Shown piece after piece: positions 31,946-45,772 of a stretch of 64,000 nucleotides of DNA. Location of the stretch: positions 147,188,001 through 147,252,000 of the forward strand of contig OZ024740.1 in NCBI GenBank assembly GCA_964016885.1, read 5' to 3'. Within the stretch, counting starts at the first letter, position 1. The number at the start of each line of letters is the position of its first letter. The translations under genes and the position numbers were made by a program. The notes below the pieces were generated by a model. It saw only the letters and a program-made list of their open reading frames with translations. It did not search any database and was not told where the DNA came from. This DNA is from Eledone cirrhosa (taxonomy: Eukaryota).

Positions 31946-31950
<5 letters not shown>
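31275..31950 (+). mobile_element. 535-bp tandem hammerhead repeat (family R3), about 1.3 units
   Basis: 31278-31416 repeated at 31813-31951; hammerhead in both. Confidence 0.8.
31808..31889 (+). ncRNA. Type I hammerhead (R3); also 31273-31354 (+) and diverged 32207-32288 (-)
   Basis: ACTCC-CTGATGA-cGTAATG...CATTACa-GAAA-CTAATTAG-TT-GGAGT. Confidence 0.88.
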
Positions 31951-32016
<66 letters not shown>

Positions 32017-32020
<4 letters not shown>

Positions 32021-32749
32021 TAATTTAATATATCAACTAACATAAGCGCACAGATGCACGCCCATGCCAGCAAATACACAGGTTATGTCATAGTACCTAG
32101 GTGGTTCAATGCAGGAGAATGCAGAACAATAATATAAAGGACGTAAAATAAGAAAATATTTTTTTAAAAAAAATTAAAAAAAAATTTTTTTCTTACTTAA
32201 ATTTTCACTCCAACTAATTAGTTTCTGCAATGGGATAAAGACAGTTATGTAATCCAACTGTCGAGAATTCATTGCGTCATCAGGAAGTCTATTCTCAGTT
32301 AAGTCTCCAGGCAATGCGCGGACACTGGCGGCTCATATAAAAATAATAATAATTCGGTAGATCGAACAGCTTGCGAGGACTGGATTCTATGTACCGAAAT
32401 TCTCACTGCTTCAAGTCAAATGGCCGATTCTAAAGAATCAATCACGTGACACAGAGGCTAGTTAGAAGGAATGGGATGGTAAGATGACTGACGCCTACTA
32501 ACACCCCAAAAAAAATTTTTTTAGAAGTGGTTTTGACAAGTTTGCTCGACAAATCAGTGATTTGGAGATAAATATAGATAATTTAATATATCAACTAACA
32601 TAAGCGCACAGATGCACGCCCATGCCAGCAAATACACAGGTTATGTCATAGTACCTAGGTGGTTCAATGCAGGAGAATGCAGAACAATAATATAAAGGAC
32701 GTAAAATAAGAAAATATTTTTTTAAAAAAAATTTAAAAAAAATTTTTTT

Positions 32750-32752
<3 letters not shown>
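32017..32752 (-). mobile_element. Diverged R3 subfamily, unit about 560 bp, 1.3 units, between TA tracts
   Basis: 32019-32195 repeated at 32578-32752; homologous to the reverse complement of 31275-31950. Confidence 0.8.
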
Positions 32753-32799
<47 letters not shown>

Positions 32800-32907
32800 A
32801 AAGAATAGAGGTGTAACACACAAGTTATGATATATTGGTAAACGGAAAAAAAAATGCTGACAAATTGTTCACAGTGAAAAAGTTGTCAGCATTTTCTTTT
32901 CCGTTTA

Positions 32908-32971
<64 letters not shown>

Positions 32972-33155
32972 TAAACGGAATAGAAAAATGCTGACAAATT
33001 GTTCACAGTGAAAAATAGTTTAATTAGGAATAAGTGAGAATTAGTAATAGTATTGGTTAGTATTCAGTTTTGGTTTTTAGTTTTACCGGTTGCGCATTTC
33101 TAATGCTTTTCAAAAATAATTTTGAGATAAAGCGTCCGTGATGTTTGCTCTGATC

Positions 33156-33199
<44 letters not shown>

Positions 33200-33201
<2 letters not shown>

Positions 33202-33575
33202 GAAAAGTAAGAAATCGGAGAATAGACCGTTAAAACATGTTTATTTAAAACAGCACCTACGTACGTTTCGCCCAGTTGGGCTTCTCAAGGCCATAAATAA
33301 CCAAAAGTGTTCCTTACATTGCTCGGAAAGAGTTTTGGGGGTTAAGTTCACGTCAAGGTTACCTCCCTTTACCTGCTGCAAAATCAAAACACGCTATTTT
33401 TGCGAGCAATGAACCTTGACGTGAACTTAACCCCAAAAACTCTTTCCGAGCAATGTAAGGAACACTGTTGGTTATTTGTGCCCTTGATAGACCCAACTGG
33501 GCGAAACGTACGGAGGTGCTGTTTTAAATAAACATGTTTTAACGGTCTATTCTCCGATTTCTTACTTTTCCACGT
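33200..33575. mobile_element. Foldback pLTR remnant with U3-A8 hammerhead (33255-33291, minus)
   Basis: About 160-bp inverted arms; GCC-TTGAGAA-GCCCaactGGGC-GAAA-CGTACG-TA-GGT; copy in right arm is mutated. Confidence 0.75.
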
Positions 33576-33733
33576 GCTTACGCTCTGCTAACTCTCTAGC
33601 CTACTAAATATTAACACTTCGAATATTTAATACTGCCGGCACTAGTATCGAGCACCTTTGGCATACGCTACTTGGCAAATAACTATATGTATCACCCAGC
33701 CTCCCCTTTTTTCTCTTTCTCGATACGTAAATA

Positions 33734-34577
<844 letters not shown>

Positions 34578-34579
34578 TA

Positions 34580-36102
34580 TGTTGAACAAACGAGCAACGG
34601 TGGTTGCTAGACACTACGGCTTAATACGGGATGTTTGTTTACAAACACACCGAGCATTGTAATAAGTATTCGATGAATCCATACGTGCATATATATATGT
34701 GTGCATGTATGTATATATATATATATACATACTACTGTACGTCGGTATACATATATGTATGTACGTGTACATACTTATATTTAAGTAACAGCCGTACTAA
34801 GAGTGGGAAATGAAATATCGTTTCATTTTTCCCTTTATCGTTTTCGGTGCACCTGTCCGATTAACCCACTCGACATGCAAATTGGGCTACTCAGCCGTTA
34901 ATATGCATAAGGTAAGTATATACGTTCAACAATCTGGCAGGAAGGTATACGTTGCTGACGATAGCTAACAAGCTTGAAACTAGTACAGCGTTCCTTTGTC
35001 AGTGTTGAACAAACGAGCAATGGTGGTTGCTAGACACTACGGCTTAATACGGGATGTTTGTTTACAAACACACCGAGCATTGTAATAAGTATTCGGTGAA
35101 TCCATACGTGCATATATATATGTGTGCATGTATGTATATATATATATATATACATACTACTGTACGTCGGTATACATATATGTATGTACGTGTACATACT
35201 TATATTTAAGTAACAGCCGTACTAAGAGTGGGAAATGAAATATCGTTTCATTTTTCCCTTTATCGTTTTCGGTGCACCCGTCCGATTAACCCACTCGATA
35301 TGGAAATTGGGCTACTCAGCCGTTAATATGCATAAGGTAAGTATATACGTTCAACAATCTGGCAGGAAGGTATACGTTGCTGACGATAGCTAACAAGCTT
35401 GAAACTAGTACAGCGTTCCTTTGTCAGTGTTGAACAAACGAGCAACGGTGGTTGCTAGACACTACGGCTTAATACGGGATGTTTGTTTACAAACACACCG
35501 AGCATTGTAATAAGTATTCGGTGAATCCATACGTGCATATATATATGTGTGCATGTATGTATATATATATACATACTACTGTACGTCGGTATACATATAT
35601 GTATGTACGTGTACATACTTATATTTAAGTAACAGCCGTACTAAGAGTGGGAAATGAAATATCGTTTCATTTTTCCCTTTATCGTTTTCGGTGCACCCGT
35701 CCGATTAACCCACTCGATATGCAAATTGGGCTACTCAGCCGTTAATATGCATAAGGTAAGTATATACGTTCAACAATCTGGCAGGAAGGTATACGTTGCT
35801 GACGATAGCTAACAAGCTTGAAACTAGTACAGCGTTCCTTTGTCAGTGTTGAACAAACGAGCAACGGTGGTTGCTAGACACTACGGCTTAATACGGGATG
35901 TTTGTTTACAAACACACCGAGCATTGTAATAAGTATTCGGTGAATCCATACGTGCATATATATATGTGTGCTTGTATGTATATATATATATATATACATA
36001 CTACTGTACGTCGGTATACATATATGTATGTACGTGTACATACTTATATTTAAGTAACAGCCGTACTAAGAGTGGGAAATGAAATATCGTTTCATTTTTT
36101 CC

Positions 36103-36106
<4 letters not shown>
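34580..36106 (+). mobile_element. About 420-bp tandem hammerhead repeat (family R1), about 3.6 units, in (TA)n
   Basis: Units start near 34581, 35004, 35429, 35848; no real ORF; one hammerhead per unit. Confidence 0.92.
34950..34990 (+). ncRNA. Minimal type I hammerhead (R1); copies at 35375-35415 and 35794-35834
   Basis: CGTTG-CTGACGA-tAGCtaacaaGCTt-GAAA-CTAG-TA-CAGCG. Confidence 0.88.
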
Positions 36107-36147
<41 letters not shown>

Positions 36148-36152
<5 letters not shown>

Positions 36153-37040
36153 TAATAAAAATAATGAATAAAAACAAAGAAACAGTTCCTTATATTAAAA
36201 AAATCATTATTTAACGATCGTTTCTAGGATATATATGTTTGTGTTGGTATGCATATCATATAGATCTATGTAAAATTTTTACAAACTATCAGAGGGAATA
36301 TACATACCTACACATATATATGCTGTCTTCAGAAATAATGATATTTGTTTATTGAAAAAAAACAACAAAGATTTAATATAATAGGTCTGTTTGGGAACAG
36401 GTTTTGAATTGACCAATAGAAAGTTAGTAAGTAGTCAAGATGGTAGAATAGTAGTAATAGAACTTTAATTTAGGGGTAGAGGAAAGCAGATTTTAGTTTT
36501 GAATGGAAAGAGTATGATGAATGAAAAGATTATTTTAGGGATGAAAATAGGTCAAGTCGGTAAAAAGTACACGAAAAATTGATGTTATAAAAGAATAATG
36601 CTAATGTAAATATCTAAGGAGAATAAAATGTTACGATAAATGTGTTAGTGAAAAATATCAATCTTATTTAAAATATAGGGAATTTACATCTATAAAAAGA
36701 AAATAAATTAATTAAATTGATAGGTATATTTATATTGATAAATTTATATTAATTCATATAGATATGATAAATAAGAATTAGATGTAATTGAAGAGTGCTG
36801 TTAAAAACGAAGGGAAAATAAAAAAATTATTATTATTATTATTGGGGGGGGGGGGGTAAATTTATTAGTGAGAAATAACAAATTTATATAGATTATAAGG
36901 AATATAGAATCATAACCTGAAATTAAAATAGTTTATATGTATACTTATTGGTATAAATTTTAGGAAAAGATAGCTGTAAAAGGGAAATAAAATTATGCAG
37001 TTCATTAGTAGTAGAATATTAATCATAGGTTAACTAATTT
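36148..37040 (-). mobile_element. 3' UTR/pLTR of Nematis-type PLE family D
   Basis: Reverse complement of about 60500-61430; hammerhead at 36205-36340. Confidence 0.85.
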
Positions 37041-37240
37041 AATATATATAACGAAGGAAATGTGGTAAGGAACCAGGTGGACCATAACGCACCAAAGTAC
37101 TCAATACTTAGGGTAGTAGAGTGGGTAATAGGAACGAGTAGGACCCCGACGGCTGAGCTCAAGCCGTTTCGACGGCTAATTCTGAGTCCAGAATTAGCCG
37201 TCGAAACGGCTTGAGCTCAGCCGTCGGGGTCCTACTCGTT

Positions 37241-37287
<47 letters not shown>

Positions 37288-39674
37288 TTAGGTTAGTAGG
37301 AGTTAGGTATTATATACCCGTGTCCCGTTAAGGTATTGGCAGCATAATAATTAGCTCTATGCTTTGGAGCAGAGCCGTATATATGAAAAAGAACACAAGA
37401 GCGTCTACAACATCAAAAGATTTTTATTGGCTAACAATGTTTCTTCCTTACGTGTAACCGTAGGATTCATCAGAGCTATAAAAGGGGTTTGATTGGTGTT
37501 ATGGACTCTACCAACCAAACACCCAAGAACAAAGAGTAAAGAGAGTAAAGAGCAAAAGTAGGGGACGATAAGTCTAATTTTGGTGCGGGAGGGTGGGGTG
37601 TTGGTCCTTGTTTACTAGCTGCGGTCATCGGGGGTCGGGTGGTTAGCTGAACCATAGATGGGGTGGCGTGGATAGTATGGTGCAGAGGGTGCGCAGAGGC
37701 TACACAAACACAAAGGGCGTAGAATACATATATACATATAGCGGAGGAGAAGGTACATGAGGTAATTAGAAATGGAAAAAGAGTAATAATAATAATCTAT
37801 AATTAATAGTGTATAATAAGGCATGGGGAAGATTACACTATAATAAGGTATAAAGGTAAGAATAAGGTAAAATATAAAGGAGGATAAAAGTGGAAATAAT
37901 AATAAAGATAAAAAATATATAGAGAATATATAAGGAAATATAAGCGGATATTTGGAGGGGAAAACACAATGTAAAAAAAAACGATTTTTTTCAAACAATA
38001 ATAAGAAATAATAAAAATATAATAATTATGGGGGGAGAAAACAGGATAGAGAAATATGATCAAGTGTGATTCGTTGAGAGAATATAGGATGATAACAGTT
38101 GTGTCCGGTTTATACATCTTAATAATAAATAATAAACAATATGTGTATCAGAGTTGCAGAACCTTCAATTCACTTACGGGTTCAAGCCACGTGGCATGGT
38201 CCATTGTTTATCTGTGCGGTCATGTGCGTTTGTTTTTGACACCACAGCAGATGCACAAGTTTGTAAATTCCAATGCAGATAGAAGTCAATTTTTGCTCAC
38301 CCGGACATTGACCGAGGATCCAATATTCCTAGTTCAATATGTGTTTGGTGTTATTTTGTTCGCACAAATCAATCAATTGGTTCAATATATGGAGTATGGT
38401 TTCCTGGTCTTCGTGACAGTGTCAGTGGTTGTATATTTGGAAGTCACAAGGATCACAGTACTCCGGTTTGGTGTGATACCCAAACGTTGAACTTTGGTGT
38501 CGATAGGACATCAACGAAGCAGGGTGATATCGCATCTGTGGTACAAAACGGTGCGGAAGGAAATTCTTCGTCTTCGTTTCATCCGGGTCCAGTAGTCACG
38601 TGCAAGAACCGCTACGTAGTAATTGTGGGATTAATCAGTCAAGTCAGCAACTGACCGAAAATTCAGGCAGGCATAACAGCTTTTTTATGTGTGTACGTCT
38701 GTCCGACACACACACACACATATCTATATGTATTTCAACCCAAAAAACTCAAATGATTCACCCAGTGGTACTACAATCGGTCAAGACAGTAACTGGCCGG
38801 CAGTTCCCTTAGGGATTCAGACAGGCATGACAGGTATATTTAGGTCAAGAGCCTCCTTATGTGTTCGTGTGTTCGATACACACAGACACATATCCACATG
38901 TATTTCAACTCAAAAAATTTCAGTTGATTCCCCCATTGATATCATATCTGTGCTGTTTGGATATGCATGCTGTGGTGTTCTGGTCGTGCATATCATTCAC
39001 TGTATTTTTCCACTACATTGGAATGTGATGTTATGGTCATCAATAGTCCGGCAAGCGCATTTCGCTCTTATATTGCGAAGAATGGTGTTCTGGTCCTCAG
39101 TAAACATCCAGGTCAGCAGGAGGGGTGGTGGTTCTCAGTTTCAACTTCGGCAATACATATGTGTTACTCTGCATATCGTGCTCCTCTCAGAGAAGAGTAT
39201 TATAGGGGGAATTCATGCCACACAGCACACATAGAGAGAATTTCTACAGAAGAGTATACATACATATATACATACATACACACATTATACACTTACACAT
39301 ACCCACTCATACGCATACATACATATATTCACATACATGTCACACATACACATACACACAATATAATACGCATGCATACAATATACACATACACACACAC
39401 ACATGCATATACATATATATACATACATATACACACAATATACTTACATACAATGCACGCACACATGCGTGCATGCATGCACACACGCACGCACACCCAC
39501 ACATATGTCTGCGTGTGCGTGCGTGTGAGAGATAAAAGGAGAATACACACACACACACACGCAAGAGCACCAACCTTGTAGGGGACTGCACCACCCTTAC
39601 GGTACCTATCTATCTAGGTTACGGGTTGGGGGGGAACTATAGTCTAGGTGGGGGTTGCGTGATATATGTTACGT

Positions 39675-40350
39675 CTATGTGCTAGGTTTAAAATAGAAGA
39701 AGGAACTCAGGATTTTGTGTTGGCATGAGGAGAAAATTTCCGATTTCCTGTTAAGCAGGTTAAGTTTAGAGTGTATTATGGCATGGCATTCCAGTAAACA
39801 CAGGTCACAACTTCCGCTCTGTGGTCGGTATGGCGTGGATCTAGTAAGCTTCCTCCAAAAAAGTTTGTATGGGGTACTATTATTTTTTAAGAAGGAGATG
39901 TATCCCGCCAGTGAGGTGGCATTCTTATGTCTGTCGTGTCTAAATGTGTACATATGCGCGTTAAATCTAGTTTTAAATGTATTGGACGTTGCTCCTATAT
40001 ATGTTTTGGTAGAGTTGTGTGTGGTTACGTCACATGCATATACTATGTTTTTCGTGAGGCAATCCCCCCTTAGGGGACAGTTACTACTCCGCCTACAATT
40101 GCAACTGCGGGTTCGATTAGTTAGCATACCTCCCGACGTTTGGTTACTCGCATTATCACTAGGTGCCTCTATATCATTAGATGGCTCATTGATGCTATTA
40201 TGTTGCCCATTTTCTAGTGCAGTCGGTTGCTGGTGGTTAACTGCCATTTTAATTGCTTCGAATCCCTCTTTAGTTTTCCTAATGTTCGTACGTGCTAGGT
40301 GTGATGCGAGGTTAGGTGTGGTCGAATAGGATAATTTAATTACGTTGGTA
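39675..40350 (-). pseudogene. Nematis-type GIY-YIG endonuclease domain (truncated PLE ORF)
   Basis: CNCRRSSNCPLRGDCLTKNIVY...YIGATSNTFKTRF...CDLCLLE...LLNRKSEIFSSCQHK. Confidence 0.88.
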
Positions 40351-40382
40351 GAGTCCATAACACCAATCAAACCCCTTTTATA

Positions 40383-40429
40383 GCTCTGATGAATCCTACG
40401 GTTACACGTAAGGAAGAAACATTGTTAGC
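40383..40429 (+). ncRNA. Type I hammerhead in PLE C pLTR; inverted copy at 37430-37476 (-)
   Basis: GCT-CTGATGA-aTCCTACGgttacaCGTAaGGAa-GAAA-CATTG-TT-AGC, followed by AATAAA. Confidence 0.8.
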
Positions 40430-40731
40430 CAATAAAAATCTGTTGATGTTGTAGACGCTCTTGTGTTCTTTTTCATATATATATATATATATAAATTTTA
40501 GTACAGCATTGACGAAGCTTTAGTATACGGCAAAGCTAGCGTATATGTATAATCGGTCTGTAGCTTTAGCACTCGGATGAGGTAAGACCCCAGAGTAATA
40601 ACATTACGTTCAGACAGCTTAGCAAATCAGATATAGCGGTCGGCAGTCCAGCCGCATTACCAGAGCAACGAAAATACAGGACCCAGGAAAAGATTTTATA
40701 CTGACCCGGACATAGCGGTGAGGCTATATAT

Positions 40732-40788
<57 letters not shown>

Positions 40789-40789
40789 T

Positions 40790-40880
<91 letters not shown>

Positions 40881-40981
40881 ATAATGGATGTCACCCCACT
40901 GTGCATCGATATATACATATGTTTCTGTACGTCTCTTGTGTTGGAAAGGAGGTCATGTATGTAAACAATCATTGAAAAATT

Positions 40982-41026
40982 GCTCCGAAGACTTCAAACC
41001 TCGGTTTGGACGAAACAATTGTAAGC
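40982..41026 (+). ncRNA. Hammerhead variant with CCGAAGA core; copies at 43305-43349 (+) and 42640-42684 (-)
   Basis: GCT-CCGAAGA-cTTCAAACCtcGGTTTGGAc-GAAA-CAATTG-TA-AGC. Confidence 0.65.
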
Positions 41027-41061
41027 TAATAAATGGTTTGAACAGAACTTTGATTCATGTG

Positions 41062-41807
<746 letters not shown>

Positions 41808-41919
41808 GAGACATCTGTTCAGTCCTCATATATATATATATAATATATATATATATTATATATATATATATTATATATATATATATATTATATATATATT
41901 ATATATATTATATAATGTG

Positions 41920-42040
41920 AAGGCGTGTGGCTGAGTGGTTAGAGAATTGGATTCGCAATCGTAAGGTTGTGAGTTCGATTCCTGGACCAGGCGATGCGTT
42001 ATGTCCTTGAGCAAGACACTTTATTTCACGTTGCTCCTTC
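41920..42040 (+). mobile_element. tRNA-derived SINE 5' part
   Basis: A box TGGCTGAGTGG, B box GAGTTCGATTC, tgtccttgagcaagacactttatttcac core as in 11791-12136. Confidence 0.82.
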
Positions 42041-42136
42041 TACCTGGAGTTGCGTCCGATAGATAGTATTAGCAATTGGAAAGACCAACGGAAACATTGT
42101 TCCCTCGGTCCGATTTGACGAAAAGTCGATCGTTCC

Positions 42137-42168
<32 letters not shown>

Positions 42169-42195
42169 ATATATATTATATATATATATATATAT

Positions 42196-42227
<32 letters not shown>

Positions 42228-42395
42228 ATATATATTAGATATGTCTCATTTGAAATAATACAGCCAATTTTCCACGCAATACTTTTAGTTAGCACCCCGA
42301 ACACATAATTGGGAATATAATCACTTATTTCCTAATGTTTGTTGAGTGAGTTAGAATTTGGCCGGAGTATCGCTAAAAAGCTTTCTCCGATATTG

Positions 42396-42434
<39 letters not shown>

Positions 42435-42599
42435 TTAAGGATACTATTTATGGTTATGTATATACTAAAACTTTTTATAGTTATATATATATATTTTAAA
42501 CCCTAAACAGTGAAAGACAGTAATTTATTACTACCTTATTACCAGTAAGATAAATAGCTCAATGTAATAACATCAGTTGTTCTACAGAGCAGTTATATA

Positions 42600-43384
42600 G
42601 AAATCACATGAATCAAAGTTTTGTTCAAACCATTTATTAGCTTACAATTGTTTCGTCCAAACCGAGGTTTGAAGTCTTCGGAGCAATTTTTCAATGATTG
42701 TTTACATACATGACCTCCTTTCCAACACAAGAGACGTACAGAAACATATGTATATATCGATGCACAGTGGGGTGACATCCATTATAACATTTTTGCATGG
42801 CAATTTAAATTAAAAAATTAAAATCATATTAAAAAAAAATTAAAACAAAATTAAAGTTAAAATACAACATCGGCAGTCTACGACGATAATGCAAGGGGAT
42901 AGTTTGAAGTAGTTAGTGTATGCAATAGTTACACGTGGGGCATGCACGTGTGTCTTATTTATATAAGATTATTGTGCGGCAAAGTGCTTGTATTGCATAT
43001 AACACCTTGCCGCACAATAATCTTATATAAATAAGACACACGTGCATGCCCCACATGTAACTATTGCATACACTAACTACTTCAAACTATCCTCTTGCAT
43101 TATCGTCGTAGACTGCCGATGTTGTATTTTAACTTTAATTTTGTTTTAATTTTTTTTTAATATGATTTTAATTTTTTAATTTAAATTGCCATGCAAAAAT
43201 GTTATAATGGATGTCACCCCACTGTGCATCGATATATACATATGTTTCTGTACGTCTCTTGTGTTGGAAAGGAGGTCATGTATGTAAACAATCATTGAAA
43301 AATTGCTCCGAAGACTTCAAACCTCGGTTTGGACGAAACAATTGTAAGCTAATAAATGGTTTGAACAGAACTTTGATCCATGTG

Positions 43385-43390
<6 letters not shown>
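42600..43390. repeat. Long inverted repeat (about 385-bp arms) of a hammerhead-bearing pLTR; partial third copy at 40878-41063
   Basis: Near-perfect mirror centred near 42995. Confidence 0.92.
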
Positions 43391-43474
<84 letters not shown>

Positions 43475-44182
43475 ATTATATATATATATATATATATACA
43501 CAGAGACATCTGTTCAGTCGTTAATCAAAATGTGATTGTCGTCTGCGTTGGCGAGAATAAAAGTTGACCTTTTCTAATCGACTCCAATAGTCAAGGCCTA
43601 TCATGCCATCTATCTTTTTTGTAATTGACCTTTCAGGTGTATAACGGAATATTCCTATATTTTACCGGCGAAGATTCGAAACCGAATCTGAAGCTTCTCG
43701 CTTCTGGGACCACCCATTATTGGAAAGTTTCCCACCGTTGTCCTGTCAAGTCAACGATGATAAACGTACATACCATACCGCTTGACCTCTGATCCCAGCT
43801 TCCTGGGAGACGATATCCACATGGCTGATCATAATTCAACCTCATATACACATCCTTCTAACTGTAGCACTATTATAAATACAAGGAGTTAAGGAATCTA
43901 AAGACCAGAGAGACCGAAGCAAGCAGTCCGTGTTAACATTCACGATATAGCAGACATTTCACTCTATCTCTCTCTCCTGGCCTCACTGGTTGTCACCTTC
44001 TCGGCCACAGACACGGACAGACCCAAAGTAGCAGCAGTCAGCGAGTGTTAACGATGTAGCAGACCTTTCACTCTATATCTCTCTCCTGGCCCTTACTAGC
44101 GTCCACCTTATCGGCCACAGACACAGCCAGGCAGCCAGACATGAAGCAGCATCATTGAAAAGAAGAATATATTCTAAGAATA

Positions 44183-44245
<63 letters not shown>

Positions 44246-44524
44246 TAAGTTCACATTGTTTACATTCTACGCTCACCCTATTCTTCCTGTCATATTGTAT
44301 CTGCAAGATACAACACAACTTTTACTATATCGTTTTCTCTGATACATGCATTTACGCTAACTCGTAGAAGTGAGCTAAATTCATGTCATAAATATTATTA
44401 CTCGATGTTCAAAGTGAATATTGTTGTTATAAAATAAACGTTGTTAACAACTCAATCATGGCATTATTCTTTTCAACAAACACCCATCAAGAATACCACT
44501 TATCCGCTGCAGGTGCTTCAAATT

Positions 44525-44790
44525 TCATGAGACTTTCTTTTGTGTGGGGAGACCACAGTATTCAAGGTGGGGTCGGGCAAAAGTAGAGAAGAGAAGGATA
44601 ACAGTGTGGATATCTCTCGACTGGAAGGTTCTGAGAGTCCAGGAACACATTCTGCGGGCCATGTTAACTTTGCAGTTTATATGAGTGGCCCAGAATATGT
44701 TGCTGTCCACAATTACTTCCAAGTCTCAGATGTTGTTGGATGCCACGAGAGTTTCACTTGAAGGAAGAGAGTTTGGGAGCTTCAGGGCAT
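44525..44790 (-). mobile_element. CR1/L2-type LINE RT C-terminal fragment
   Basis: [36 protein letters not shown]...ARPHLEYC; a further piece (KKIDGMIGLDYWSRLEK) near 43565-43625. Confidence 0.75.
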
Positions 44791-44819
44791 CCTCTTTTAC
44801 ACACACACACACACACACA

Positions 44820-44910
<91 letters not shown>

Positions 44911-45046
44911 GTACATATATATATATGTATACATATATATACACATATACATATATCTACCAACTCATAATATTATAATATTATAAAATTAAATCAAATT
45001 ATTTAGAACTACAAGTAAAGACATTCTTTTCCTTTTTATTCAAATA

Positions 45047-45115
<69 letters not shown>

Positions 45116-45772
45116 GCGCTAGCCGGAGGTATCTGATCTTTAATGCGAAAAAATATCTATGATGGCTAGTAGATCACTAATGATGGATGGTCCCGGCTTC
45201 TCTTTCTAATTTTTACATCATATATATATATATATATATATTAATAAGAGGAATTCCAACTTTGTCTGATTTACTCGTTTTATTTACAATCCTTTAAAAT
45301 ATATATAATGGTATTATAATGAAATAGTATGATAGAATATTAAATTCTAAGTGTTAATTGAACAAGTACTTTCATGCTTTCGCAATCTTCAGGTTCATGA
45401 TATGTGGTGACAGTCGAGTTTGCAATTTTCAACTGTAATGAGATGGGTAAATTTCCTACCTTTTATACATTTTATACAGAGAAAAGTGGCTCCAGAATGC
45501 AAAGCCCTGTAAACTGTATTTCGACCAATCAGTGTGTAGTTTCACTGAATTACTACAGCTGATTGGTTTAAGCGTCACGGCTGGTTGAACATGCTAACGA
45601 CCAATAGTCATATCCAACGTATCAATTGTTTTGCTTTTTTGAAATGATGAAAATAGCATTTTCTATTAATCATCACCATCAACATCACTTTTATTATTAT
45701 TATTATTGTTGTTGTTGTTGTTGTTAGTGGTCGTGGTCATAGTGGTAGTAGAAGTAATACCCCTAGGCGTTA

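Larger units (their letters stand above)
37285..40478 (-). mobile_element. Nematis-type PLE family C, 5'-truncated, long 3' region, inverted pLTR
   Basis: GIY-YIG ORF 39675-40350; 37381-37512 is the reverse complement of 40348-40478; TA flanks. Confidence 0.85.

Noticed and set aside
38689-39234. Hidden selenoprotein or host exon on either strand
   Set aside because: The antisense frame I checked has TAA as well as TGA stops; no recognisable domain
41920-41990. tRNA gene
   Set aside because: A/B boxes run into a SINE core; no convincing acceptor stem
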